Source: Ophelia neglecta (lineage: Eukaryota). Taken from it: a stretch of DNA of 64,000 bases. Positions 1 through 11,529 of this stretch are shown one piece after another. The position numbers were made by a program, and so were the translations under genes. Numbering within the stretch: the stretch's first letter is position 1; every line of letters begins with the position of its first letter. The notes below the pieces were generated by a model. The model ran no database searches. It was not told the DNA's origin and worked only from the letters and a program-made list of their open reading frames with translations. Location of the stretch: NCBI GenBank assembly GCA_965285935.1, contig OZ260665.1:28086001-28150000 (forward strand), given 5' to 3'.

Positions 1-3
1 GTT

Positions 4-620
4 CTCCTTCAAACATCAACCGTTAATCCTTCATACATCAACCGAACTCCTTCAAAAATCAACCATACCCCTTTAAACATCAACCCTACTCCTTTAAACA
101 ACAACCACACTCCTTCAAACATCATCCACACTCCTTCAAACATCATCCATACTCCATCAAACATCAACCGTACTCCTTCAAACATCAACCACACTCCATC
201 AAACATCAACCGTACTCCTTCAAACATCATCCATACTCCATCAAACATCAACCGTACTCCTTTAAACATCAACCGTACTCCTTCAAACATCATCCATACT
301 CCATCAAACATCAACCGTACTCCTTTAAACATCAACCGTACTCCTTCAAACATCATCCATACTCCATCAAACATCAACCACACTCCTTCAAACATCAACC
401 ATACTCCTTCAAACATAACATCACTCCATCAAACATCAACCACACTCCATCAAACATCAACCATACTCCTTTAAAAATCAACCAGAATCCTTCTAACATA
501 AACCACCCTCCTTCAAACATCATCCACACTCCATCAAACATCAACCGTACTCCTTCAAACATCATCCACACTCCATCAAACATCAACCGTACTCCTTCAA
601 ACATCAACCACACTCCTTCA
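4..620. repeat. Minisatellite, 21-bp unit (ACTCCTTCAAACATCAACCGT), about 29 copies
   Basis: Direct periodicity. Explains the 7-aa periodic minus-strand ORFs 9-416 and 395-613. Confidence 0.95.
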
Positions 621-1744
621 TACTCTTCTCTCCTAGGGCTGCTGCTATAAATTATATAAATTTGCCGGAGTTTGATTTAAAAATAAGTAATTTAAGCGAT
701 AACAGATGATTGTTTTTCGTGGACTTTCATTTGTCATGGAAATTAAATTTAGCAAATGTTTATTGTCATTGCCAACTATTCAGATATATTTCCTTAGCAT
801 TTAATTGGCACAAATTATTTTCAAACTTGCAAAGTTTAAGTTGTACCAAATATAAGATTCCTTCTGCGTTTACCAACCCTCTCATAGCATGTCAGACTTC
901 ATTTTTTTACCATTTTGCTAAAGAAAGTATTTTATACATATCTGTGTGGCAGAGTAAAGGGAGTTTTCAATTTCACTCTGAGTAGATAGTAGGCAATTTC
1001 TTAAGAAAGGCACCCAAAGGAAGGCAATTTACATTTATGAAGACAGGCTGTAGATTTTTCAGCTTATAAAAATGGAATCTGTGGCTCGGAAATGAAATTT
1101 TGATTCTTTGTCGATAGAGAGACAATGAGTTTATTCCAGTCAGGACTTTGGATCTCTCAGGAGCGCAGTTTTCTTGATCTCCTCCACAAATATTCTGTTA
1201 TCATTGATCTGCTCTGGTGATCCCGGCCACCATATGTGATCTGATGTTACACCCCGGGATCCTGCTATCCATGTGGGATCCAGCAGGGCAGCTGGACACT
1301 GGCTTCTGATCCTCCCTGCGGGATCCACAGACAACACAATACATCTGCCTGTAAAGCCTAGCGTGACCACTGAGATGAAATGTCACCCCAGTTTGATCTC
1401 ACTTGATCCCGGTTGATCCCAGATCCCTTGTGTGGTCACTCCCAATTTGACAATGATCAGGCCATGTGCTCTGACTATCAATAACATGTAGTCTCCTACT
1501 CCTCTGGCTTTAGTGCTAATCCCGTAATAGGACATTCTGAGGATCCAAGTTCTTTGGATTCTGTAGCTTTTGGCTCCTCTTGATATGCCACCAGAATTCA
1601 AACTTTCTATGGACATCGTGCCCATAAGATTGGGAAAATATTGTATAAAGTGTGGAAAAAAATACAAAACCATTCAAAGCTGGTCATAAATTGAAATATG
1701 CCAGTCTGAGAAAGAATGGGGGTGTATGTGAAACTTCCATCTCA

Positions 1745-2537
1745 ACTCTCAATGTCAACAGGCCCTGGCCACTGACTTACTGAATGCTCCCTCTCAGCTC
1801 CCAATGTCACCAGGCCCTGGCCAATGACTTACTTGACCCCTGTCACCAGGTCAAAGACACTGACTTTCAGGACTCTTAATGTCTTCAGGCCCAGGACACT
1901 GACTTACTGGACCCCTGTCTCCAGGCCCTGGATACTGGCCTACCAGACGCCTGTTTCAAGGCCCAAGACATTGACTTACAGGACCCTCCATCACATCTCT
2001 TAATGGCACCAGGCCCAGGCCACTGACTTACTGGACCCTCCATCACATCTCTCAATGGCACCAGGCCCAGGACACTGACTTACTGGACCACTGTCTCCAG
2101 GCCCTGGATACTGGCCTACCAGACGCCTGTTCCAAGGCCCAAGACACTGACTTGCCGGACCCTCCATCACATCTCTCAATGGCACCAGGCCCAGGCCACT
2201 GACTTACAGGACCCTCCATCTCAGCTCTCAATGGCACCAGGCCCAGGCCACTGACTTACAGGACCCTCCATCACAGCTCTCAATGGCACCAGGCCCAGGA
2301 CACTGACTTACTGGACCCCTGTCTCCAGGCCCTGGATACTGGCCTACCAGACGCCCACCGCAAGGCCCAAGACACTGACTTACCGGACCCTCCATCACAT
2401 CTCTTAATGGCACCAGGCCCAGGACACTGACTTACTGGACCCCTGTCTCCAGGCCCTGGATACTGGCCTACCAGACGCCCACCGCAAGGCCCAAGACACT
2501 GACTTACCGGACCCTCCATCTCAGCTCTCAATGTCAC
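1745..2537. repeat. Composite tandem array of 124-bp and 52-bp units built on the core CAGGCCCAGGACACTGACTTACTGGACC
   Basis: AATG(G/T)CACC anchors at 2002, 2054, 2178, 2230, 2282, 2406 and 2530 give spacings 52, 124, 52, 52, 124, 124. Degenerate copies lie upstream. Confidence 0.92.
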
Positions 2538-4119
2538 CTTCCTCTTAGTTTTAACAATGTCCACCTGAACTGACAGCTGGTCACACCATAAAGACACACA
2601 ATGATTATTTTCCCTGCTATGATGAATCACAATGGTTTAGACACCACCTTCTTCTAAATAATCGAGCTTAACGTGACCACCGCACGCAGAGTGTTGAGAA
2701 AATAGAGGTCTTGTTCCTCAGAAGGTGTTTAATTTCAGCGTTGGCATTAATGCTTATTATTGTGTTGTAATTGGCTTAGCCTCTCCAATTGGCAATGGGA
2801 CACCACATCAAGGTGAAGGAAGACATGCAAGGAGGCTTAAGTGTTAGAGAACCCATGTCAATGGCTGACAGTCCCTCCATCTCCCTGGAGCCAATTAAAA
2901 CAGGGGCAGGTTTAAGAGGGACTGCCTCTTGTTGTTAGAGCCCTTTGTAGTATATGGATATATAAAGAACTCATTAACTGGGACTGTCAAAGCAATTGAA
3001 GAACAGTGTATGGATACAGAAAGGCCTGTGATGGGGCTGTGATGTCCTTGAAGACCCTCGGTAGCATGTTTACATACCAAGTTTATGTCATTCCCCTTAT
3101 GTTAACACAATGCAGACTGTCAAATGCTCACCTCAATTAAAGCTTTGTAAACGCCATTCATTCTTCAATGATTGAAAGTGCAGGAATGGCAGAATTGGCA
3201 CTCAGTGCTCACACTCTGTATAGCTAAAGGCCAATTTTTTTTATCAATATTAACTTAAACTGTGTTTACAACAGTGTTATTACCCCAAGTTGTTAATTTG
3301 GATGACACTTTGTCTGTCAGTCACAAGCTCTCCCTTTATCAATGGGTAAAAGCAAACCCAGAGGCATTTCAACAAGTTATTTTCTGTCCAGACAATGACA
3401 AATTAATCACTTGAGTCTGGGCACAATTGGTTAGCTGTTGACAGGATTATCCATCTCCCTTCACCCCATTGTAAATGACAGTCTTCCTTATTACACACTA
3501 AAACATACTCACCAGTCACTAGCTTTTTCCTGGAGTGTAATGTGGATTGTTACCATTCACCACAGGGCGGTAGTTCGGTGCAGGGATGGGGTAGCATGGG
3601 CCAAATAATGTACAAATGTGTGGTGTCATATACTTTACACTCTTACTCAGTGATGAATGTATTTCTTTTATTGTTTTGGTAATAGAGAATTCCAGACAAT
3701 TTTTGATCAATTGGTTCATATGTGTGGAAGAATATGGGTATATTTGCTTGTTCAATGTTTGTTGTTGGGCACTTTGCTGAGGCTCTTGTGGGTATTGAGG
3801 TAGGCTCATCATGTAGGGTGAGGGGAGGTTAGCTTTAGGCCTTGCAGGCTAGTCACAGCACCACCACATCCCAGCGAGGCATGGAGTACAGGTGGCCTAA
3901 TGACTTTACAGGGGATTCCATGCCTTATACTCTGCCCATTGTACACTAGTTCACATAGTCCATGTGTTATTTATGGACAAATTCAAGGTTTACATCTAGC
4001 AAGAGGACAATTAATACAAATTATATCTAAAAATTTCTAAATTGATACTGCGGTCGACATGATTGAAACTAATGCACTTAAGGAGAATCTCTGCCCCTTT
4101 TTGAGTGCTCATTGAAAGG

Positions 4120-4540
4120 GTGTGGCAGACAGGGGGGGGGGGGCAGGTCTTACTCATGAGTTGAGAGGGTGGAGGAGCCTGGGAGGGGGGGGGGGGGGGG
4201 CATGTCCTATCCAGGAGTGGAGGGCGTGGAGGAGCTAGGGGGACAGGTCCTGAGTTTAAGGGGTTGAGAAACTATGGGACAGGACTTAACCATAAGTACA
4301 GAGGATGGAGGGTCCTGGGGGCAGGTCCTACCCAGGAGGTTATGGGGAGGGGAGGGGGGTTAGATAGGTCCTTCCTTCCTTGAGTTGTGGCAGATGGGGA
4401 TGGAAACTAGAGGGCAGGTTCTACCCATGAACCATGGGGGGGGGGGGGCATGTTACCTATGTGCACAGAGGAGAGGGAGCTAGGGGCCAAATCCTGCCTT
4501 TAGAACTGATCAAGGAGTGAGGGAGCTAGAGATAAGTCCT
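4120..4540. repeat. Degenerate G-rich tandem repeat (GGAGCTAGGGG...CAGGTCCTA motif) with poly-G runs
   Basis: Recurrent GGGGCAGGTCCTAC and GGAGCTAGGGG motifs at irregular spacing of about 50-65 bp. Confidence 0.65.
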
Positions 4541-5654
4541 GCACATAAGCTGAGAACATAATATTGTAGCTAGCGGCTAGGTATACTCCCCAGCTCTTGT
4601 CCCCGCTGTATATTAATACAACTATAAATGGGTGAGAAAAAGCACTTTATATGAAGTAATTACATTCTTCTCATCCAACTGAAGTCCATTGAGTTAATTG
4701 TAATGTGATTTCATTTTATAAAGGAAAATTCATAGGAGTATGAATTATGGAGCCTGACATACTTACCATGCTTTGCTTGATAAACGTTTGATAGATGTGA
4801 GTTTCTGATATCTTTGTCCAAGTTCAGTTCTGATGAAATTTGACAGGAATTGATCCCAGCGGATATGATCTTTTGTTCCAACTCGACATCATTGTTGCTG
4901 TTTGATCCTAATTTAATGTATGCGGCCACTCCGTTCGCATTTCATCCAAGTCCCCACCATTTCATTGCAGACTTATGGTCCTAATATATACTGCTGCCTC
5001 TGAATTATTGAAATAAATGTCAACCTAATTGGCCGTAGTGTGATGGATGGCATGTTTAGATGTCAAATAGCAGGAGGAAACTTGATTTATACTGTTATAT
5101 GTCAGCTTAATGAGGGTATTATTAAATGTGGCATGGCATTTAAATATTACTCTGAGATAAGTCACTAAATTTATACCCCAAATGGCCTGTAATGAACAAT
5201 GTTTATGAGTTCTGTAGTGTTTCTATACTCAATTACTCTTAATAGCTGCAGCTTTTGGCCGGTACTTTGTGTGTCAATGACTAATTTATCAATTTTAACT
5301 ACGATTTTATTACGTTGGCAAATTTCATACATGTATCTGATAATATCTATCTGTAAAGCAATGTCATTGTTATCAATGACAATAAACGTTGGAAATGAAA
5401 AAACATATTTAAAGATGGCTGCAGGTACAGTCTGGTAGGTTTTAATGTTTGCTGCAAAGGAAATAAAACGGTACGAGTGAGGTTTTATTGCATCAAATAA
5501 ACAATTATAATTAAAGAAAGTTTTCTTATCAAAACCTCTTCACTTTCGTTCTATGATCCTGACATCATGTGACGTGACTGACTGTATCTCGAGAATAATG
5601 TTAATTAAATCTAGTCATGTAACACTTTGTCAGTAAGTTAAGACGCATGTAAGT

Positions 5655-6461
5655 TAGCTCAGAACACAATGTCATATCAGTAACTCAGACACAATGTCAT
5701 GTCAGTAGCTCAGACACAATGTCATGTCAGTAGCTCAGACACAATGTCATGTCAGTAGCTCAGACACAATGTCATGTCAGTAGCGCAGTAGCTCAGAAAC
5801 AATATCATGTCAGTAGCTCAGTAGCTCAGACACAATGTCATGTCAGTAGCTCAGACACAATGTCATGTCAGTAGCTCAGACATAATGCCATGTCAGTAGC
5901 TCAGGCACAATGTCATGTCAGTAGCTCAGGAACAATGTCACATCAGTAGCTCAGGCACCATGTCATGTCAGTAGCCCAGTAGTTCAGTCACAATGTCACG
6001 TCAGTAGCTTAGACACAATGTCATGTCAGTAGCTCAGACACAATGTCACATTAGTAGCTCAGACACAATGTCATGTCAATAGCCCAGTAGCTCAGACACA
6101 ATGTTATGTCAGTAGCTCAATCACAATGTCACATCAGTAGCTCAGGCACCATGTCATGTCAGTAGCCAAGTAGCTCAGACACAATGTTATGTCAGTAGCT
6201 CAAGCACAATGTCACATCAGTAGCTCAGGCACCATGTCATGTCAGTAGCCCAGTAGCTCAGTCACATTGTCATGTCAGTAGCTTAGACACAATGTCATGT
6301 CAGTAGCTTAGACACAATGTCATGTCAGTAGCCCAGTAGCTCAGACACAATGTTATGTCAGTAGCTCAAGCACAATGTCACATCAGTAGCTCAGGTACCA
6401 TGTCATGTCAGTAGCCCAGTAGCTCAGTCACAATGTCATGTCAGTAGCTCAGACACAATGT
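5655..6461. repeat. Minisatellite, 25-bp unit (CAGTAGCTCAGACACAATGTCATGT), with occasional 8-bp CAGTAGCC duplications
   Basis: Direct periodicity, e.g. 5703 to 5728. Confidence 0.95.
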
Positions 6462-6471
6462 TAGTTAGCAC

Positions 6472-6664
6472 AGGTATCTACTACTTGTCTTATACTGCCA
6501 GGTATCATCTACTTGTCTTATACAGCCAGGTATCTACTACTAGTCTTATACTGTTGGTTATCTACTAATTGTCTTAGACTGCCAGGTATCTTTTACTAGT
6601 CTTATACTGCTTGGTATATACTGCTAGTCTTATACTGAGGGGGAACTACTACTTGGTAGGTATC
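6472..6664. repeat. Minisatellite, about 28-bp unit (AGGTATCTACTACTTGTCTTATACTGCC), about 6 degenerate copies
   Basis: Direct periodicity. Abuts the 25-bp array. Confidence 0.85.
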
Positions 6665-6674
6665 TAGATGTTAA

Positions 6675-6975
6675 GTGAAGGGTATTTCTGAGCATTGGGA
6701 TCGGCCTTTTTAATTGACCATGATCTGGGAATTGAAGTATTAGTTCATAAAGAATCAGGATTTGACATTACTTCATTCTTTGAGGTCAAGTATTTTGCTA
6801 AACTGTAAATTGGGAATGTTCTTTGTAGTTTGCACACTTCCAATTTATCGTGATGTGGGGAAAAGTTTATTCCTTATGATTGAAAAATCCAGATTTAAAT
6901 ATCCATGATCCGGGATTTGCTCCATTTTAAACTGGGAATCGGGAACCTGGACCCTACCAAACTCTCCCCCCTCCT
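6675..6975. mobile_element. Possible decayed non-autonomous DNA element with repeated (T/C)GGGA(A)T motifs
   Basis: About 7 dispersed TGGGAAT/CGGGAT-like motifs ending in a C-rich terminus. No TIR or TSD established. Confidence 0.25.
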
Positions 6976-8574
6976 CCCTGTATCTACTACCTCAAGATGA
7001 AGATCTACCATGAGTAAAACAGTGTAAGTCTCCACTACACCCCTAACCTAGTTTTGTGTGTGCATGCCATGCTCGCCTTTAAAACAGGTCTGCTGCCATA
7101 TCTTACCTTGGTTTTTTAGGGCAGGCAGGTCAAAATATGACGTGCTGGTGATCAAGTGTATAATACAAAGTATAATTTTTGTACTTAATCATGATTTATT
7201 CCCAGCAAATCAAATGTCAATCTACGGACTTTCCATATCATTATGTTTAAATTTATTGACAGAATTATATTTTTAACAATTTATTGGTTTTTGTAGATTT
7301 TATTGGAATGAACAGACCAAAAATGAATACATGAATTGTACGTTGGTGTCAAGAGGAAAGAGGCATAGCCATAGATAGATATGTACCGGCAGTGCCAATA
7401 AGAGAACGCTGACACTATACTGGTGAGTAATACCATCTAGTATGCTGAAATCAATTAAATCATTTAAAAGAGTTCTGATATTTTGATGGAAATAAAATTT
7501 ATTTCTTTTTGACTTTTATGATTCAATATTCCCAGTATTATTGATGGTCCAGCACATATTCTTCTATACTCCAAGTATTGTTGATGGTGTTGCTAATATT
7601 CTTTGGCCACTCTAGTCATGGACAACCGTAGTTTAGTAAAAAGGATCATGATTGACAATAAAACTATGTATATTAACTGTAGCAATCTCAGAAAATGTGC
7701 TGATTGTCAATCGGCTGGGAGCTTTGATGGCCGACTGTCACATGTGCTAGGGAGGCAGCAAATGACCTCAGCTTACCATGATTTGTAATCATCAATGACG
7801 TCATAAATAACCATGAATTGCTATTGTCTGGGACAGTTTCGCATTAGCCTACGATCTACGATTCTGGCGTGGCATGGTGCCTAATTGAAATGAGGAGAAA
7901 TGAGACCCATTTGACTTTTTCCAGAAAAGATTCAATGCAGTGGAATGAGAGGGAACGTAATTCGCGGACCATGCAGTATTTGATTCGATGTCTAATTGCC
8001 TTCCTTTTTCAAGGCATGAAAGCACTAGGAAGCTAGTGTGCACAATTAACTAGGTCATGGCTTAGATTTATATATGTCTGGGGAGAGCTTTGTGGGGCCT
8101 GTAGCTCCATGAGACATATATTTGGAGAGGCCCCGGGATGTAAAGTGGGCAGTTTTCTTATTGTGAGTTCCACTGACGTGCACGCCAGATCAGCTTTAGC
8201 ACCTGAGCTACCAATTGGACGAATTAATTACACAAAATCGATTGATATTGCATGTGACTAGGCGTTATATTACATGTCTGAGGGCAGTGTGGGGCAAACG
8301 CCCTCCAACTAGGAGGGCTTAATGGCAAATACCTTGATTTATTGCCCTCTGCGGAGCTAGCTAACGACAGGAGGCAGACTATATGGAGAGGTGTCACACA
8401 ATAGACAGGTATATATCTACTGCCTGTCAGAGAGATGTTGACTAGCAGAAATCACTCTCACTATAATTAGTTACCCCGCAAGCAAGCAATTATTGGATGT
8501 GGGTTTTCATTTTCACTATAATTCAGTAACGTCCCTGTAATTGTAATGTGCAGCACCTAAATACATATGTTTTA

Positions 8575-9435
8575 TATAGCTGGTTGGGGTCATAGCACTC
8601 TGTATTTTACAAGCATGCTGTATTCCTGGTTGGGGATATTCCTATCATAGCACTATATTTTACAAGCATGCTGTATGCCTGGTTGGGGATATTCCTGTCA
8701 AAGCATTTTATTTTATAAGCATGTTGTATGCCTGGTTAGGGTATTCCTATCATAGCACTTTATTTTTCAAGTATGATGTATGTCTAGTTGGGGATATTCC
8801 TATCATAGCACTTTATTTTACAAGCATGCTGTATGCCTGGTTGGGGATATTCCTATCATATCACTTTATTTTACAAGCATGTTGTATGCCTGGTTAGGGT
8901 ATTCCTATCATAGCACTTTATTTTTCAAGTATGATGTATGCCTGGTTGGGGATATTCCTATCATAGCACTTTATTTTACAAGCATGTTGTATGCCTGGTT
9001 AGGGTATTCCTATCATAGCACTTTATTTTACAAGTATGATGTATGCCTGGTTGGGGATATTCCTATCATAGCACTTTATTTTACAAGCATGTTGTATGCC
9101 TGGTTAGGGTATTCCTATCATAGCACTTTATTTTAAAAACATGCTGTATGTCTGGTTGGGGATATTCCTATCATAGCACTATATTATACATACCTATAGT
9201 ATGTCAGGTTGGGGTTTCCTGACATAACATTCAGTTTTATGCATGTACAATACATACTTTTGGTATGTCAGGTTTGTCCTTTTCCTATCATACCAATGTA
9301 TTTTATACTTATATATAGTTTATACAGCTGGGATTTCCTGTCAGAGAAATGTACTATGAGAAGTAGGGGTTTACCCATTATAGCACTCAATATTGTACAT
9401 ACATGCAGTAGGTCAGGTTGGGTTCTATTTTAATA
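8575..9435. repeat. Minisatellite with 52/53-bp alternating units (105-bp dimer), degenerate at both edges
   Basis: Unit ATGCCTGGTTGGGGATATTCCTATCATAGCACTTTATTTTACAAGCATGCTGT. The 35-aa period of ORF 8780-9136 equals 105 bp. Confidence 0.93.
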
Positions 9436-11529
9436 ACCCCGTCACACCTGAATACCTGTAACTTTACAGATGTTTCCTTTTAAATTTTAAAGGGCTTCCA
9501 GGTTGCAAGGTGTATAAAATAAAAGTAAAGTTACAGCAATTATACCAGGCAATAATGATACAATCCCCTGCTGAACTACCTCTGCAATAAAGATGATCTT
9601 GTACTCTCTCCTGATGCAGTATTCTAAGGGATTTGTTGAGGACTAGCAGACCAAGCAAACAACCCAGTATTAGCCACATTGTACATACCCTTCTCTGTAA
9701 TCAAAGTAGCATTGTTACTGTTTGTATGTGTGCACACTCCTAAATGGACCAATTATTGGTTGACACTTCATCTCAGTGATTGTCCATGTCCACTCGTCTC
9801 TGTAAGCCTGTTATTCTGTCCGTTGGGCTTGTGTAACCTGTTCCCTCGCTTTACATTAAGCTAAGCCCTGTCCTTTATACGACGGGGATTTGTCAGCAAC
9901 GTTTTTGTGTGGCTGGATTGTTTGACTGGGTGTCCTCTGCCCTTCCGTCCTTAAGCGATATTGATAAAGCGCCCAGTTCTTGTGATCTTGTCGCAGATGC
10001 TTGTATCCCAAACATTAAGATTTGCTCTGCAGTCTCCAGTTTGACGTTGCGTCAACACGACGTCGGTCCGAGCTGTCACCGTTCTCTCCGTGGTGACATG
10101 CGACAAAAATGTATGCCACTTGTCTCAAGAATCTGTAAATTTGCCTGCCAATCGCCTGTCTTCTGTGGCTGTCACCGGCCTGGACAAATCACCGGCGCTC
10201 TGTTTGATCTCCAATCTTACCCTGCCTCCCCCACTTATTTAGCATTTTGCCCGTCAAAATGTGATGAATCTGCGTACAACTACTTACAAAGTCATGTATT
10301 ATTTGGTGATCATAGTCGGAGAGAAGACAAGTTACCATCACACACACACACTGGATGGTTCCTAGCCTAATTAGTTGTCTGCTGTATAATCAGCCCATAT
10401 CTATAAACTGTATAAACTCATAATTCTATGAATCTTCACTTAACAGTATACAGATAGTTAGAGACTCCTTTTCTCCTTTTTTTAACAGCATGTGATCATC
10501 TCATTATTTGTAAAAGGCCTTACTAAATCTGTGGTTTGTTGTCTCGGGAATGGGTTTTATGATGGAAGGATTGCAATGGTTCTGGCACTAGAATTCAATG
10601 GAATCTGATCATCTTTTTTGTTTCCAACAGTTTAAAGATTCGAATGGTATCACTATTAATTCAGCAGTATACGATTATCTATTGTTCCCATGATGCAATG
10701 ATTTAAAATGTTTTCACTACTAGTTCAGCTCTATCCAAATCTATTGTTTCTGTGCTTGACATTGATGTAATATATGGGTAGTAAGTACCAGCCATTAGTG
10801 CTGTGAGATAACATATGGTTATGGAGCAGCTATCTGATTAATCATCATTACTACTGGCTACCCCCCTGATATTATATTACTAATATACGTCCTGACTCCC
10901 AGCACGGTTCCTAAACAATCCGGTTTATGTAGATTCTGCCATCGGTTTTTCCCTGTGTGAATCACTTACTGTCTGGGGATGATCTACCGGTTGTCACATG
11001 ACCGTTTAGTATTGTTTTGGCGACCCGCTCCTCTTCCCACGGAACAGTTTTATCGGCGGTTGTATGATTTAAACTTCCTGTTGCTACTCATTATGTAGTA
11101 TCATAATTATAATTTATAACTGTTTTATTTCTTATTTTGGCATAAACCATAGTTGAATGGGCAATAACAGTATTCAATTTATGACATCAGTACAAACTTA
11201 AACATAACACCTCCTAGCTTGGGAAGTCTTTATTGTTCTTTATTTGGGTGAAGTGGAATCGCTCGGGTCCAGTTAAACGTGAAATATCAGCCGAGAAAGG
11301 ATAAAGCTATCAGGCGTAAGTAGTAAATATGAGGGATGTTGTGGTAACGCCTTGCACGGCAATCCTCAGCAGACTACCCTTTTTTACTGAACCAGCGGAT
11401 TAAGAACAGGAAGGAGATGTATGCTGACGTCTTGGACATGAGCGTCAGGATTTACGCAGGCTAGTGTAGTGTGGTGGTGTAAATCTGGGAGTAAGGGCTG
11501 ATGGTTCTCTCACATGGAGAGACAAGCTG

